This document shows, piece after piece, positions 1 to 12,446 of a stretch of 64,000 bases of DNA. Source of the stretch: Macrostomum hystrix (taxonomy: Eukaryota > Animalia > Platyhelminthes); NCBI GenBank assembly GCA_950097015.1, contig CATNEN010000001.1, positions 22,382,001 through 22,446,000 on the forward strand, given 5' to 3'. Every line of letters begins with the position of its first letter. Within the stretch, counting starts at the first letter, position 1. The notes below the pieces were generated by a model. It made no database searches. It was not told the DNA's origin and saw only the letters and a list, made by a program, of their open reading frames with translations. Both the position numbers and the translations under genes were made by a program.

Positions 1-2953
1 GATCATATAACTGCCGCTTCCCATGCACCCGTCGAAGCATTTTCTGCCCTAGCAACCAGCTAGTGTCACAGGAGTTCTAGGAACCCAGAACCGCGACCCA
101 GTTTTCTGACTTTACTGTGAAATATATCATTTGTTTAAGAAAATTCCCAGGTAAGAATTAAGACAATTCATAGGATTGATTTTGGCCTCAATACATCTCA
201 ATTAGGCTTGGTAACATAGGCCGGGTGATGGCAACACCTGTTCCTCTGCTGCACTGCAGGTGAAATGTTGCTTTTAGCAAGCCCGTATGGATAGAACTGT
301 TCGACTTGAACCGTTTGCGCAACGCCATCCGCAGGGCCGGAACTCGGTACAGAATCCCCCTTCACTGCTTTGCTTCTGATCTTTCACTCTGCAGCTCCTT
401 GACAGGAAGCAACACCCACCCCCAACCCCCTGTGACAGAGTCCAGAACTGCTGTCAGAAGCAGCCGCTGAACACTGCTGGGAGCTGTTGCTAACCGGAAT
501 AGCTTGGTCCATTCAGTAGAATATCATAATGCTTGGGCTTGTCTGCTATTCAGCCTGCTTAGAAAAACGATACACTATATGGGCCGCTGATGCTATAAGG
601 GAAGGGTCAGCAACAAGGGGCGAAATTCCCACGGCCTTAACTAATACAGATCCCTCCTGTATAAGAGTCCAGAGAAATGCCGCGAAATCACTGCCCCTCA
701 TTTGTCACAGTGCTAGTCAAGCTTCACTGCCTTCACTTCATAAGGAAACCGGTTTAATGAGCTCAATCATTGGATAAAGATTTTTAATGCCATGAAAATC
801 GTCTAAAATGCCATTTTGTAGTCAACAGAATGGAGGATGAAAATCACTGCCAATTGCTTTCCATGCTCCGACTTTTAATTCCTCTCTTGGTTGGAACGCC
901 CCCTCTGCAGAGCACACTTTGACAGTTGACAACGGGGGCCACTGTCATTATGGGGCTGGCAACCTTTTCAAGTTTTGCTTGGAGTCTTGGATGCTCACGT
1001 TTGTCAGTCATGCGCCACTGAATTAGGAATAAAAGATCTTGGTGTAGGCCTTTGATCGCATAATTCAAGACACGCTGAGTACATGCAGCCACGCCTACCA
1101 ACAAATATCTGCAGGGGGTGTGCAAGTCTCTCCTCTTGACTGGTAAACTGTTGATATTTGACAACACCGCGATGCTTTTTGAAGCTTTACCGATTCCTTA
1201 TGTCAATTATGTAATACTAAATATATCCCATGCCGTAGCTCTGGCAGGCCAGGATTTTGCCATATAGTTAAGTAACCACATAGGAAAATTTTCGCTATAT
1301 AAAAGGATATCATCATGTCATTTATGTAGTCATTGAATTATAAATTATCACGGTGAATCGTTGATATGGGCCCTGACAAGGTTTAGGCAAGCCATGAATT
1401 ACAGAAACTATTTTGTTAAGCAGCGCTTAATTTTTATATTTACTTAATAATGATTTATTTACCTAGATAAATGAAATATTATTCCATTCCACGTGTTCAC
1501 TAGTAGATACTACGTACAGTAGCGAGTATGTATGCAAGGACAACTTAAGTAGATATACGTTACATGAGTAGTCCTTGTATGTCGAAACCAAATATCTCTG
1601 GTATGAGCGATAAAATCTTAATGCGTACGAACTGATTTTCTTTTAACAAAGAAGTAGATTTATGCAGCTGTCGATCTAATAAAAAGTGTTTGATGATGCA
1701 TGGTGCATGATGCGTGAAGTAGCGTCTTCAACTAGCGATGTACACTACTGATTGAGGGCAAGGAGCGTACAGTACTATTCACAAGCAACCAACCGAAAAT
1801 AATTTCTTAGCGCAGTAACAATTTAATTGCAAGGACTACTACACGCAGACGTTACGTACACGTTGACTACTAAAGTACTAATATGACATTTTACTTTAGT
1901 AGTACTTGATTTCATGTAAAAGAATTTAGCATATGAAAAATAGTGATTTTATCCATCATTTTCTGGTTGCAAAAACTGCAGGCAAGTTAAATCACATGAA
2001 TCATACATACAAAGACGCGCAATTTATGTTCGCCTATTTATGTTTGCTACTGTATGTACGTACGCTTGAATGAAAATCTAACCCAAAAGGGCCACCAGGT
2101 AGTATACCATTGTCATATGTCATCAACGGCTTGCTAATAGAAAAGACACGCACGTTAAGACGATCTTTTGGCGCTTTTTAAAAAATCACTAAAATTTTTA
2201 GAAACGAAGTCCTTCTAAGAACTTATTAGCTTTTTCTTCTTTGGTATTCGTGTTCAAACAAAATAATAATTATGGCTGTCTTAGCGTTGTTTAGCAATAT
2301 CTGTCCTATTCCTGGGTATGAATAATTATAGAATTATTATTATCTCCTTAATTTCCTTAGAAATATAATTAGATTGCTAATAAAATAATTATTGCATTTT
2401 ATACTGTTATTATATTTAATAATATTTTAGCTTAATACTATTATCTACAAATGATTGTGAACAAAAAAGAAAGGTAGAAGTATATTAATTTAGTCATTGC
2501 TAGGAATTCCAGAATTCCGAATTTTAGGAATTCCAGTTCCAGGTGATTTTAAATGTCTGCTTTAAATTTAAATGAGTTGACCCTGAAGCATTTTAAATTT
2601 TATTTTTCAGTAAGCCTATTTTTTAAATCAACTTATTTTTAAATCCCATTATAGTCGCTAGGCCATACTGCCGATCATGTCAATTGACACAAGTATCAAC
2701 CAGCATTTTTTGCAAGCCAAATACTAGCCATGCAGATACATAAAATTAAATGCCACTTTTTTACTTTCTACACAATGAAAATCAATTATTAATCAATTAT
2801 TATCACTTAATTAGCCCTATGAGCCATAGCCCTCTTTATTTTGAGTCAGTTTGTCAGTTCAAAATTGATTTACAAAATATATTTTGTCCTTGGGCTTCTC
2901 TCTATTAATGATGTTAACCAAGATTAAGAATGTTTTTAATAGTTCCTAATAGT

Positions 2954-3253
2954 CATACATGTGCAACCTCCCAAATCTTAGCCGGCCGTGCGACTTAGTT
3001 TTTGCTCTATTTACGACTTAGTTTGCTCTCATTTGCGACTTAGTTCGTTTCATTGCTCTATTTATGACTTAGTTTGCTCTCATTTGCTCTCTTTTTCTCT
3101 CCCCTTTTCCTTTTCTTCACGCCTTCCTTTTTTGTCCCTTGGTCCCCCTTTGATTTTTTTGCACTTGGTCGATTGGTTTTTGCGACTTACCTTGCTTGAC
3201 CCTTGTTTCACCCAGCCGGTTCAGCCGGGTCGGCCGGGTGTTGCGCATGTATG
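2954..3253. mobile_element. hAT-like non-autonomous MITE (300 bp)
   Basis: Terminal inverted repeats CATACATGTGCAAC (from 2954) and GTTGCGCATGTATG (to 3253; 1 mismatch), flanked by a perfect 8-bp direct repeat CTAATAGT (2946-2953, 3254-3261). 8-bp TSDs are typical of hAT elements. Internal (C)GACTTAGT repeats. Confidence 0.85.
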
Positions 3254-3828
3254 CTAATAGTAATACAAAATCTTCATTATAGTGTTTTTCTTAAAATAAT
3301 TCTTGATTATTCTATGTATCTTTTATATTACTTTTGAGTTAGCAGTTAGAGGGTATTCTAGGTTTTTGTATAGGCCTACTGATTGGCCAAAAAGTTTTCT
3401 GGAATGCATGTAGCTGCTTATAACATTCTAAGCAATCCCTTCCTTTTATCTTTGTATTATTGTCTCACATTCTCTCCTCAAACAAATGAGTCTTTATTTA
3501 GTACTGAATTTATCATCTTAATAGAACTGATAAATTCTAAGTAGGCTCAAATGGCAACTGGTTCGTTTCTGTCTCTCTTTTTGCATCTGCTTGTGTATTT
3601 TTTGTCATTTTAACTGCCACCTCACTTTATTAAAAACTAAAATTTCTTGAATACAAATATTTGCACCTAAAAGTTAAATTACAACAAATTTAAATAAAAA
3701 AAACCAGCATGTAGGCTTTTAGAGGCTGAAAGAATTTCAAAGAACTTACTATCTGCATATAACAAGCCATTTAGCCTAAACACAAACAATTCCAGGGCTA
3801 GGTGCAGGGCTAGCCATCTAAACTCGCA

Positions 3829-4367
3829 ATGCGCACTCACAAGCTGGGCGCATTCACATTCTACTCGCGTCAGCATCAGGGCGACGAGTGCGGCAGCGAC
3901 GGCCTCCCATTGACGCCAAACTCTGTGAAGATTGTTGGCAGATTTCACGCTATGAAAGAGTCCCTCAGCCATCCCGGACTCTGTCGCTATCTGGACATTG
4001 TCCGGTGCAAGGACGAGCAGCTCATTGTGGTGTCCGAGCTGACTAAAAGGCCGCTGCTTGAGTGCCTGGACAGCTTGTCACTGGCTCAGAGAGTTCAGGT
4101 GTGCTTTGTGTCTGCTTTTCAGTTTGAGCATCTCGACTGTAGCATTGATGTGTGATTCTTTCATTTGATCCCATCATTGGAATTCATCATCCCCAACGCC
4201 ACCCCCTTAACCAGATCCTGCGCGAGGTAGCAGACGCCCTGGCCTACCTGCACAGTAGATCCATTGTGTGCGCTCGCGTATCGGCCGCCTGCATCTTCCT
4301 AGACGAATTGTCGGCTGACGAGCCGAAATTGTCCAACAGCAATCATCGCAGCAGATCTGGGGACGTC

Positions 4368-4399
<32 letters not shown>

Positions 4400-7300
4400 G
4401 CACAGCTACCGAGCCAAGCTATTCAACTACGCCATGTTCTATTTAACCGGCTGCGGCGAGGAGGTCGACTTTCCTATCCATCGTATCGACTGCGCTCCGC
4501 CCGAAGCTCTGTTGGACTCATCGCTGGCCGCAGCAGCCGCAGCATCTGCCGCCGTTAAAGCCGGTGTTGCCGACTCGGCCGGCTCGAAGCATCGTCGCCG
4601 AAGACCCAACCCAGAGTGTCCCCGGCTTGACTGCTCAAATGTGGACTCACGCATGGACAGCTTCGGCTTAGGCCTGCTCGCCCTGCACCTGCTAGTCGGC
4701 CTGCCGCCTTTGCCTTCTAATCAATCGGATACGGAATCCTCTGATACGGTTGCTATGCTGTTGCGATGCGGTCTGTCTGGCGACTGCCTGCTAGACAGCC
4801 TGCTGTCGCGGCATCAGCATGGCGGCTTTGCTGAGGCCTTCGCCGCTTGCGATTGGTCGGCGGTGGATGACGAGCTGGGCTGCCCAGAAGGCGCCGCCCT
4901 GAACATGATTCGAGCCTGCCTGGCTGGCTGGCCAAGCCGCCGGCCCTTCGTGTCCGACCTGGTGCTGCCACAGCCCAACGGTTGCGCCATTCTGGCCTCG
5001 AAGACCCCACAGAGAAGTCGCGACTGGTCCCAGCTAGACGCCAGGTGTCGAAAGCGTTTCGGTCCGATTCGCTGCGAGTCGGATCCGCCAGACGGCGACG
5101 ATGTCGAAGTTGGCGCAGACGAAAGTCGGCTGATCACTGGCGGCGAGTTTGCCAGCCTCCGCTCAGCCGAGGAGTTTTATCACTGGTGGACCCTGGCCGG
5201 CGGAGATCCCGTCCAGCCAATCAGAGAGGCCGGCCTAGTCCAACGGCATCGGCCAATCACGCAGCTGCCCTGCTATCTTGGCGGCAGCGGCGGCGGAGTG
5301 CTCTACCTTGAGCAGCCCAGGCCGCACCTGTTGCACGAGTTTGTTGTGCCATTGAATGACAGAGAGCTGCGTGATCGAGTTCGCCGACTAAATCCGCTGC
5401 TGTTCTTCCCGGTGCCCAGACAGCCTGACGACACGTCCGGTAACTCGTCGACCGCCAGCGTCTCGGCTTCGTCGGCGGCTCCCGGCAGGTTCGGCGCCTA
5501 TTCAGACACTTCCTCGCAGCCAAAGGCGGTGAAGGAGCGCGACTTGGCCTATCAGATTGAACGCTGCGTGCTGTTCCACCAGCTGCTGCTGTGCTGCCCC
5601 TACTCTCGCCATACTCTGCTCATGGAATCAGCCAGGGATATTCCGCCTCTCTATCGCGCCCTCACCTGGGCTCACCTGCTTGGCGTCTCCGGCGATGTAC
5701 AGAGTCGGTACGCCGCTTTGGACACCGTGACGCCTAGGGAGAGTAGGAGAGTCAGCGACAAACAACTCGCTAGCGACATCCCCAGGTGTCACCAGTACAA
5801 TCCGCTAATGGCTTCCCCTCATGGCCACGCCAAGCTGAGGCGGCTGATCAAAGCCTGGGTGCTGCGCAGGCCAGCGTGTGCCTACTACCAGGCAAGTGCT
5901 CTGCCAGCTTTTTAAATAAGGTGTCTAGAATTTCAGGATTTCAGCGACCTTGGGGTGTCTAGAATTTCGGGATTTCAGCGACCTTGGGGTGTCTAGAATT
6001 TCGGGATTTCAGCGACCTTGGGGTGTCTAGAATTTCGGGATTTAAGCGACCTTGGGGTGTCTAGAATTTTGGGATTTAAGCGACCTTGGGGTGTCTAGAA
6101 TTTCGGGATTCAAGCGAACTTGGGGTGTCTAGAATTTCAGGATTTCAGCGACCTTGGGGTGTCTAGAATTTCGGGATTTCAGCGACCTTGGGGTGTCTAG
6201 AATTTCGGGATTTAAGCGACCTTGGGGTGTCTAGAATTTCGGGATTTCAGCGACCTTGGGGTGTCTAGAATTTCGGGATTTAAGCGACCTTGGGGTGTCT
6301 AGAATTTTGGGATTTCAGCGACCTTGGGGTGTCTAGAATTTCGGGATTTAAGCGACCTTGGGGTGTCTAGAATTTTGGGATTTAAGCGACCTTGGGGTGT
6401 CTAGAATTTCGGGATTCAAGCGAACTTGGGGTGTCTAGAATTTCGGGATTTCAGCGACCTTGGGGTGTCTAGAATTTCGGCATTTCAGCGACCTTGGGGT
6501 GTCTAGAATTTCGGGATTTCAGCGACCTTGGGGTGTCTAGAATTTTGGGATTTAAGCGACCTTGGGGTGTCTAGAATTTCGGGATTTAAGCGACCTTTGT
6601 TGTGTCTAGAATTTTGGGATTTAAGTGACCTTGGGGTGTCTAGAATTTTGGGATTTAAGCGACCTTGGGGTGTCTAGAATTTCAGGATTTAAGCGACCTT
6701 TGTTGTGTCTAGAATTTTGGGATTTAAGCGACCTTGGGGTGTCTAGAATTTTGGGATTTAAGCGACCTTGGGGTGTCTAGAATTTTGGGATTTAAGCGAC
6801 CTTGGGGTGTCTAGAATTTCGGGATTTAAGCGACCTTGGGGTATCTAGAATTTCGGGATTTAAGCGACCTTGGGGTGTCTAGAATTTTGGGATTTAAGCG
6901 ACCTTGGTGTGTCTAGAATTTTGGGATTTCTCAGACTTTTGCAATCTTAGTTTATAGACGTCTAGAAACTTGTGATTTTTTGTGAAGTTGGGATTTATAA
7001 GAACTCAGGCTTTCTAATAATTTTGTATTTCAGAAATTTTAGGATTTTGCAACTTAGGGATTTCAAGGTATTATTTATTTCTGTGACAAAAAGTGTCAAA
7101 AAATGCGGATTTCTCAAACTCGTAGATGCTTGACAGTCTACTGTTAGTAGAAAAAAATAATTTAATTCCACGCACCCTCACTGTACAGGGCGTGGACTCC
7201 GTGGCAGCCGTCTTCCTTCACCTGAACTTCTCCGACGAGCCGCTGGCCCTGGCCTGCCTGGAACGCTTCATCGACAAATACCAGGCCAACTTCTTTGCCA

Positions 7301-8703
7301 ACGACAACAACAAGGAGGTTACTCAAGAGTACTTTGCCGTCTTTCAACAGCTACTGGCATTCCACTGTCCTACATTGGCTGTCTACCTTGAACAGATCGG
7401 CCTTTTACCTGACCACTACGCCTTTCCTTGGTTCCTAACCATGTTCGCTCATCACTTCTCACTGCCCAGCGTTGTGCACATCTGGGACGCCCTGTTGCTA
7501 GGCAACAGCAGCTTCCCGCTGTTCATTGGCCTGGCTGTTCTGCTGCAGCTTAAGCGACGGCTGGGACTGATGGAGCACGATTTTAATGAAGCCGTGCACG
7601 ACATACTGCCTCAGGTGAGTCATGTAGCTTATCGCGGAACAGAGGGATTTGGGATTGCAGCAGAAGGATTTGGGATTTAAGAGAAGGGTCAGAGATCGAG
7701 ATTGCAATTAGTTTAGATAATGAATGCCTACTTTTAAGTCTAAAATAAAAAAAATTAAATAAGTCTAGATGCTTAGTATTATAAACTACTGATCTGGGAT
7801 CACAATTTTCTTATCTGGGATTCCAACTTTCTGATCTGGGATTCCAACTTTCGATCTGGGATTCCAACTTTCGATCTGGGATTACAACTTTCGATCTGGG
7901 ATTACAACTTTCGATCTGGGATTCCAACTTTCGATCTGGGATTACAACTTTCGATCTGGGATTACAACTTTCGATCTGGGATTACAACTTTCGATCTGGG
8001 ATTAGAACTTTCGATCTGGGATTACAACTTTCCGATGTGCGAGTGCGATTACAACTTTCGATCTCAGATTACAACTTTCGATCTGGGGTTACAACTTTCC
8101 GATCTGAGATTACAACTTTCCGATCCGGGATTACAAATTCGGCTATTTTCTGACCAATTTTCAAAATGAATTCAGGTCGCCAACGTGGACATCGAGCTGT
8201 GCCTGTCCGATGCCACGCGCATGTACCGAGACACTCCGCACAGCTGCTCGTATCGCAGATTCGATGGCTCGGATCTGGAACTGTGCGGCCAGCTGTTCCC
8301 AATCGAGACCCTGGGCATCGAGGCGCTGCAGAGATGCCGAGCTCCCAGGATCAGCGTTGAAGAATTCCTCACCATCGCTGGTCACCTGGACGCCAAGACA
8401 TCCTGCATTGCTCGCTCCCGACTCAGCGTTGTCGACATTCGACCAGCTGAGGAGTACAACCGCGGCTGCCTGCCCTGCTCCATCCACCTGCCGGCTGAGC
8501 TTCTGCTGAACACCGCCGGAGAACTCACCAAACTTAGCGACCCCGCTGTGCAGGCCAGTGTCAAAGTTCTTGTCTACAGACTAGAAGATGAAGCTGTGAC
8601 CGCTGCCAACCACCTGGTCATGAAGGGCGTCACCAGGGTCTGCCTGCTGCAGGGTGGCATTGAAGCTCTGCGATCCACTGGACTGCTGGCACTGCCCTCT
8701 TGA
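3829..8703 (+). CDS. TBCK: TBC domain-containing protein kinase-like protein (pseudokinase + TBC Rab-GAP + rhodanese); exons 3829-4098, 4215-5891, 7189-7614, 8176-8703; ~966 aa
   Basis: N-terminus LGAFTF...CGSDGLPLTPNSVKIVGRF; VDFPI; KERDLAYQ; TBC motifs DIPRCHQY and YYQ|GVDS; YAFPWFLTMF; WDALLLGNSSFP; C-terminal rhodanese VVDIRPAEEYNRGCLPCSIHLP...LQGGIEAL. All junctions are phase 0 and keep the frame; intron 2 is GC-AG. Confidence 0.95.
5921..6930. repeat. 34-bp minisatellite (GTGTCTAGAATTTCGGGATTTCAGCGACCTTGGG)n, ~30 copies, TBCK intron 2
   Basis: Directly visible tandem array, period 34. Confidence 0.95.
7791..8137. repeat. 20-bp minisatellite (GATCTGGGATTACAACTTTC)n, TBCK intron 3
   Basis: Tandem array. 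Confidence 0.95.
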
Positions 8704-8714
8704 CTGCTAGCCTG

Positions 8715-9280
8715 TGCCAGCCCACCAACCCACAGACAGCTAGACAGCTCACCAACCCACGAACTCATAGCCAGCCCACCATCCCACAGACAGCTCACCA
8801 ACCCACAGCCAATCCACAGCCAACCCACAGCCAACCCACAGCCAGACCACAGCCAACCCACAGCCAGTCCACAGCCAGCCCACAGCCAACCCACAGCTAA
8901 TCCACAGCCAATCCACAGCCAACCCACAGCCAGTCCACAGCCAGTCCACAGCCAGTCCACAGCCAATCCACAGCCAACCCACAGCCAGTCCACAGCCAGT
9001 CCACAGCCAGTCCACAGCCAATCCATAGCCAATCCACAGCCAACCCACAGCAAATCCACAGCCAACCCACAGCCAGACCACAGCCAACCCACAGCCAGAC
9101 CACAGCCAGTCCACAGCCAGTCCACAGCCAGTCCACAGCCAGTCCACAGCCAGTCCACAGCCAATCCATAGCCAATCCACAGCCAACCCACAGCAAATCC
9201 ACAGCCAACCCACAGCCAGCCCACAGCCAACCCACAGCCAATCCACAGCCAGCCCACAGCCAACCCACAGCCAACCTTGG
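8715..9280. repeat. 11-bp minisatellite (CCACAGCCAAC/CCACAGCCAGT)n just after the TBCK stop
   Basis: Tandem array; explains the spurious WLWVGCGLAV ORFs. Confidence 0.95.
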
Positions 9281-9885
9281 CCACACCACTTCTAAAATCA
9301 AATCACTGAATATATAACTGACTGACTAGTATAATCCCAGCATTGAATCAGTCAGTCTTATTAATGAATCAGATTTCACCGTAATTCGTTGTTTTACACA
9401 GATTTTTATTAATTAACTTCATGGAACTTTTCAGTAAATTTCTTTCTTCCATAAATTTTCAAAAAGATGCGAATCTTTTGTGCAATAGCATGATTTGCTT
9501 GCTAAAATTTACTTAAAATAATTCGATTAATTAATGCGCTTTCCGCTGCAATACACGCTTATTAGTTTGCCAGCCTTCTCATATATATTCTTCTGTGATT
9601 GTTAAATTACACTAGACTGTTGTGCTAATTTTTTGCAAGCTAGTAATAAATAATCGTTTGTTATATGCCAGTATTTGAATAATGCTGATTTGTACTGAAC
9701 AAATATACCTAAATATAATGATTCTGCTTATTAATCCAGAACGAATTATTGTCGTAGTTTTATTTGTTAGCATGTTAGCATTTTAGACTTATTCATTATT
9801 AATATTTCTTTATAACCATTTTTGCCAGTTGTTTTACAATTAAAGAACAATTGAAGGCCTATCATAATATAATATAATATTTACC

Positions 9886-10253
9886 GGAGGGCGAGGGGGT
9901 CGGTGGCAGAGCGGTTAATCGCGCTTGCCTCTCGCACCAAGGTCCCTGAGTTCGATTCCCCGGCGAGGCCACATTCATTTGGGGCGCAGCCGCGGAGGGA
10001 AGGCTTGAGGGCTTGTCGTGCAATTTACGCCCTTGTGGGCCAACCTCCAAGGCACAGTTAAATGTACACTGCCTGACGGTGAGAAAGTCAGGGCAGATGT
10101 ACACACCTGTGTGAGCGTGTGCCTGCGTACAGTATCTGTGTGCGTGTGTGCTCAGGAGTCAGAGAAATGGGCAGAATTGCGCGCTGGCTCCGGGTCTAGT
10201 GTCACTAAATTATGTGCCACTGCCCGCAGCCCTCCTGCAATTATTATTATTAT
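9886..10253 (+). mobile_element. tRNA-derived SINE family 1, near full-length copy
   Basis: A-box TGGCAGAGCGGTTAA, B-box GTTCGATTCC, (ATT)n tail; body shared with copies at ~13440, 19190, 19820, 34910, 49320, 60520 and 62990. Confidence 0.85.
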
Positions 10254-10428
10254 TCATTGCCGGAGGGCTGCGGGCAATAGCCCATCATTTGGTGACACCA
10301 AATTGGTGTCCTTGTGCAAGACACTTGAGTGTCTATTTGGGGTCGGGGGAGCAGACACTTGGCTGAATGCTGCGGCTCCCCAGTCTAAATAGAAAATTCA
10401 CATTTTTGCAGAAAAATTCACGGCACAC

Positions 10429-10881
10429 ATGAGCGTCCACCGGTTGCTAGGCGGCAGTGTTGTCGCAGCTTTGAGCATGGCCGGACTCACCTACCTGGGC
10501 AGCCGCTACATGCAGAGCAGGACTCACTCTGCCGGCTATACCAAGCTAGCCATGGAGCTGCTCAATGAGTATCCGCACGCTGAGAAGTGCCTCGGCATTC
10601 CCATTGTGCCGGGTCACATTGTGTTCTTCGGTGACAAGGAACGATTCGCCTCCTGGTCGCCCAGATCCGGCATAAGAAGGCTGAAATTGCCGGTGCACGG
10701 CTTCCACAGCTCCGGCTATCTGTACGTCTGGGCCAAGAAGCTGGACATGACCGAACCTGACGATTCCATCGAGGACATCTGGCAGATTGAACGACTGGAC
10801 CTAGCCTTGCCGAAGCTCAATGGGAGTGGCTTCTGTCGGTGGACATTCTATGATAGGGGAGATGGGAAGCAACTGAACTAA
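10429..10881 (+). CDS. COA1: Cytochrome c oxidase assembly factor 1 (COA1/TIM21 fold), 150 aa
   Basis: Single N-terminal TM segment, then YTKLAMELLNEYPHAEKCLGIPI, LKLPVHG...GYLYVWA and WQIERLDL, matching the COA1 pattern (YYKLAVEQL...LGPPL, LKIPVSG..GLLYV, W.LDEVFL). Acceptor TTTTTGCAG ~18 nt upstream of the ATG. Confidence 0.85.
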   Translation: MSVHRLLGGSVVAALSMAGLTYLGSRYMQSRTHSAGYTKLAMELLNEYPHAEKCLGIPIVPGHIVFFGDKERFASWSPRSGIRRLKLPVHGFHSSGYLYVWAKKLDMTEPDDSIEDIWQIERLDLALPKLNGSGFCRWTFYDRGDGKQLN

Positions 10882-11109
10882 AAATGATTCCTGTGCTCAT
10901 TCACTTATTTAATCATTGCCTATGCTAGCCTAAGAAATATTGTTATACTTTTCTACTGGTTTTGAAGTACTGCATGTACCACAATTATACCATATTCGTT
11001 ATTATACGCTCGTAGTGTGCATTTGTCCAGATTGCAAAGATGCTATGCATTTCTAAATATGAGTCCTAAAAGTGTTTGCCATTTTAATGTCAATGCCTAT
11101 TTTTTTACA

Positions 11110-12320
11110 TCTCCCAGTCAATCTCCCAGATCCTCTGGTTGAGCAGCCACTCTCCCAGATCCTCAGGTTGAGCAGCCAATCTCTCAGATCCTCATGTTAA
11201 GCAGTTAATCTCCCAGATCCTCAGGTTGAGCAGTGACTCTCCTAGATCCTCAGATTGAGCAGCCACTCTCCCAGATCCTCATGTTAAGCAGTCACTCTCC
11301 CAGATCCTCAGATTGAGCAGCCACTCTCCCAGATCCTCATGTTAAGCAGTCACTCTCCCAGATCCTCAGGTTGAGCAGTCACTCTCCCAGATCCTCAGAT
11401 TGAGCAGCCACTCTCCCAGATCCTCAGGTTGAGCAGTCACTCTCCCAGATCCTCAGGTTGAGCAGTCACTCTCCCAGATCCTCAGGTTGAGCAGCCACTC
11501 TCCCAGATCCTCAGGTTGAGCAGCCAATCTCTCAGATCCTCATGTTAAGCAGTTAATCTCCCAGATCCTCAGGTTGAGCAGTCACTCTCCTAGATCCTCA
11601 GATTGAGCAGCCACTCTCCCAGATCCTCATGTTAAGCAGTTAATCTCCCAGATCCTCAGGTTGAGCAGTCACTCTCCCAGATCCTCAGATTGAGCAGTCA
11701 CTCTCCCAGATCCTCAGGTTGAGCAGCCACTCTCCCAGATCCTCAGGTTGAGCAGTCACTCTCCCAGATCCTCAGGTTGAGCAGTCACTCTCCCAGATCC
11801 TCAGGTTGAGCAGCCAATCTCTCAGATCCTCATGTTGAGCAGCCAATCTCCCAGATCCTCAGGTTGAGCAGCCACTCTCCCAGATCCTCAGGTTGAGCAG
11901 TCACTCTCCCAGATCCTCAGGTTGAGCAGTCACTCTCCCAGATCCTCAGGTTGAGCAGCCACTCTCCCAGATCCTCAGGTTGAGCAGTCACTCTCCCAGA
12001 TCCTCAGGTTGAGCAGTCACTCTCCCAGATCCTCAGGTTGAGCAGCCAATCTCTCAGATCCTCATGTTGAGCAGCCAATCTCCCAGATCCTCAGGTTGAG
12101 CAGCCACTCTCCCAGATCCTCAGGTTGAGCAGTCACTCTCCCAGATCCTCAGGTTGAGCAGTCACTCTCCCAGATCCTCAGGTTGAGCAGCCAATCTCTC
12201 AGATCCTCATGTTGAGCAGCCAATCTCCCAGATCCTCAGGTTGAGCAGCCAATCTCTCAGATCCTCATGTTAAGCAGTTAATCTCCCAGATCCTCAGTTT
12301 GAGCAGCCAAACTCCCAAAT
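11110..12320. repeat. 29-bp minisatellite (CTCCCAGATCCTCAGGTTGAGCAGTCACT)n, ~40 copies
   Basis: Tandem array between COA1 and its paralogue. Confidence 0.95.
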
Positions 12321-12446
12321 ATTTACATTTCTGCCATGCCAGAGACTTGGTGGCTAGAGTTTTATCCATACAGTCTTTAAAAATCCTTCATTACGAGAAA
12401 GTGGGTAGTAACAGATAAAATGTATCACATTTCTTTTGCTTTTCAG

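Noticed and set aside
1-1200. Short ORFs 529-777 and 844-1167
   Set aside because: No recognisable motifs or splice-consistent model; possibly decayed repeat.
5921-6930. CRISPR-like appearance of the regular ~30-bp arrays (also 11110, 21548, 38445, 42390, 61919)
   Set aside because: Units are head-to-tail with no unique spacers, there are no cas genes, and the context is eukaryotic introns.
8574-9301. Long ORFs over repeats (WLWVGCGLAV; also MIPIPSEVVT at 38415-40145, SQCPAVT at 12670, TSGPV at 50589)
   Set aside because: Translation artefacts of stop-free minisatellites.
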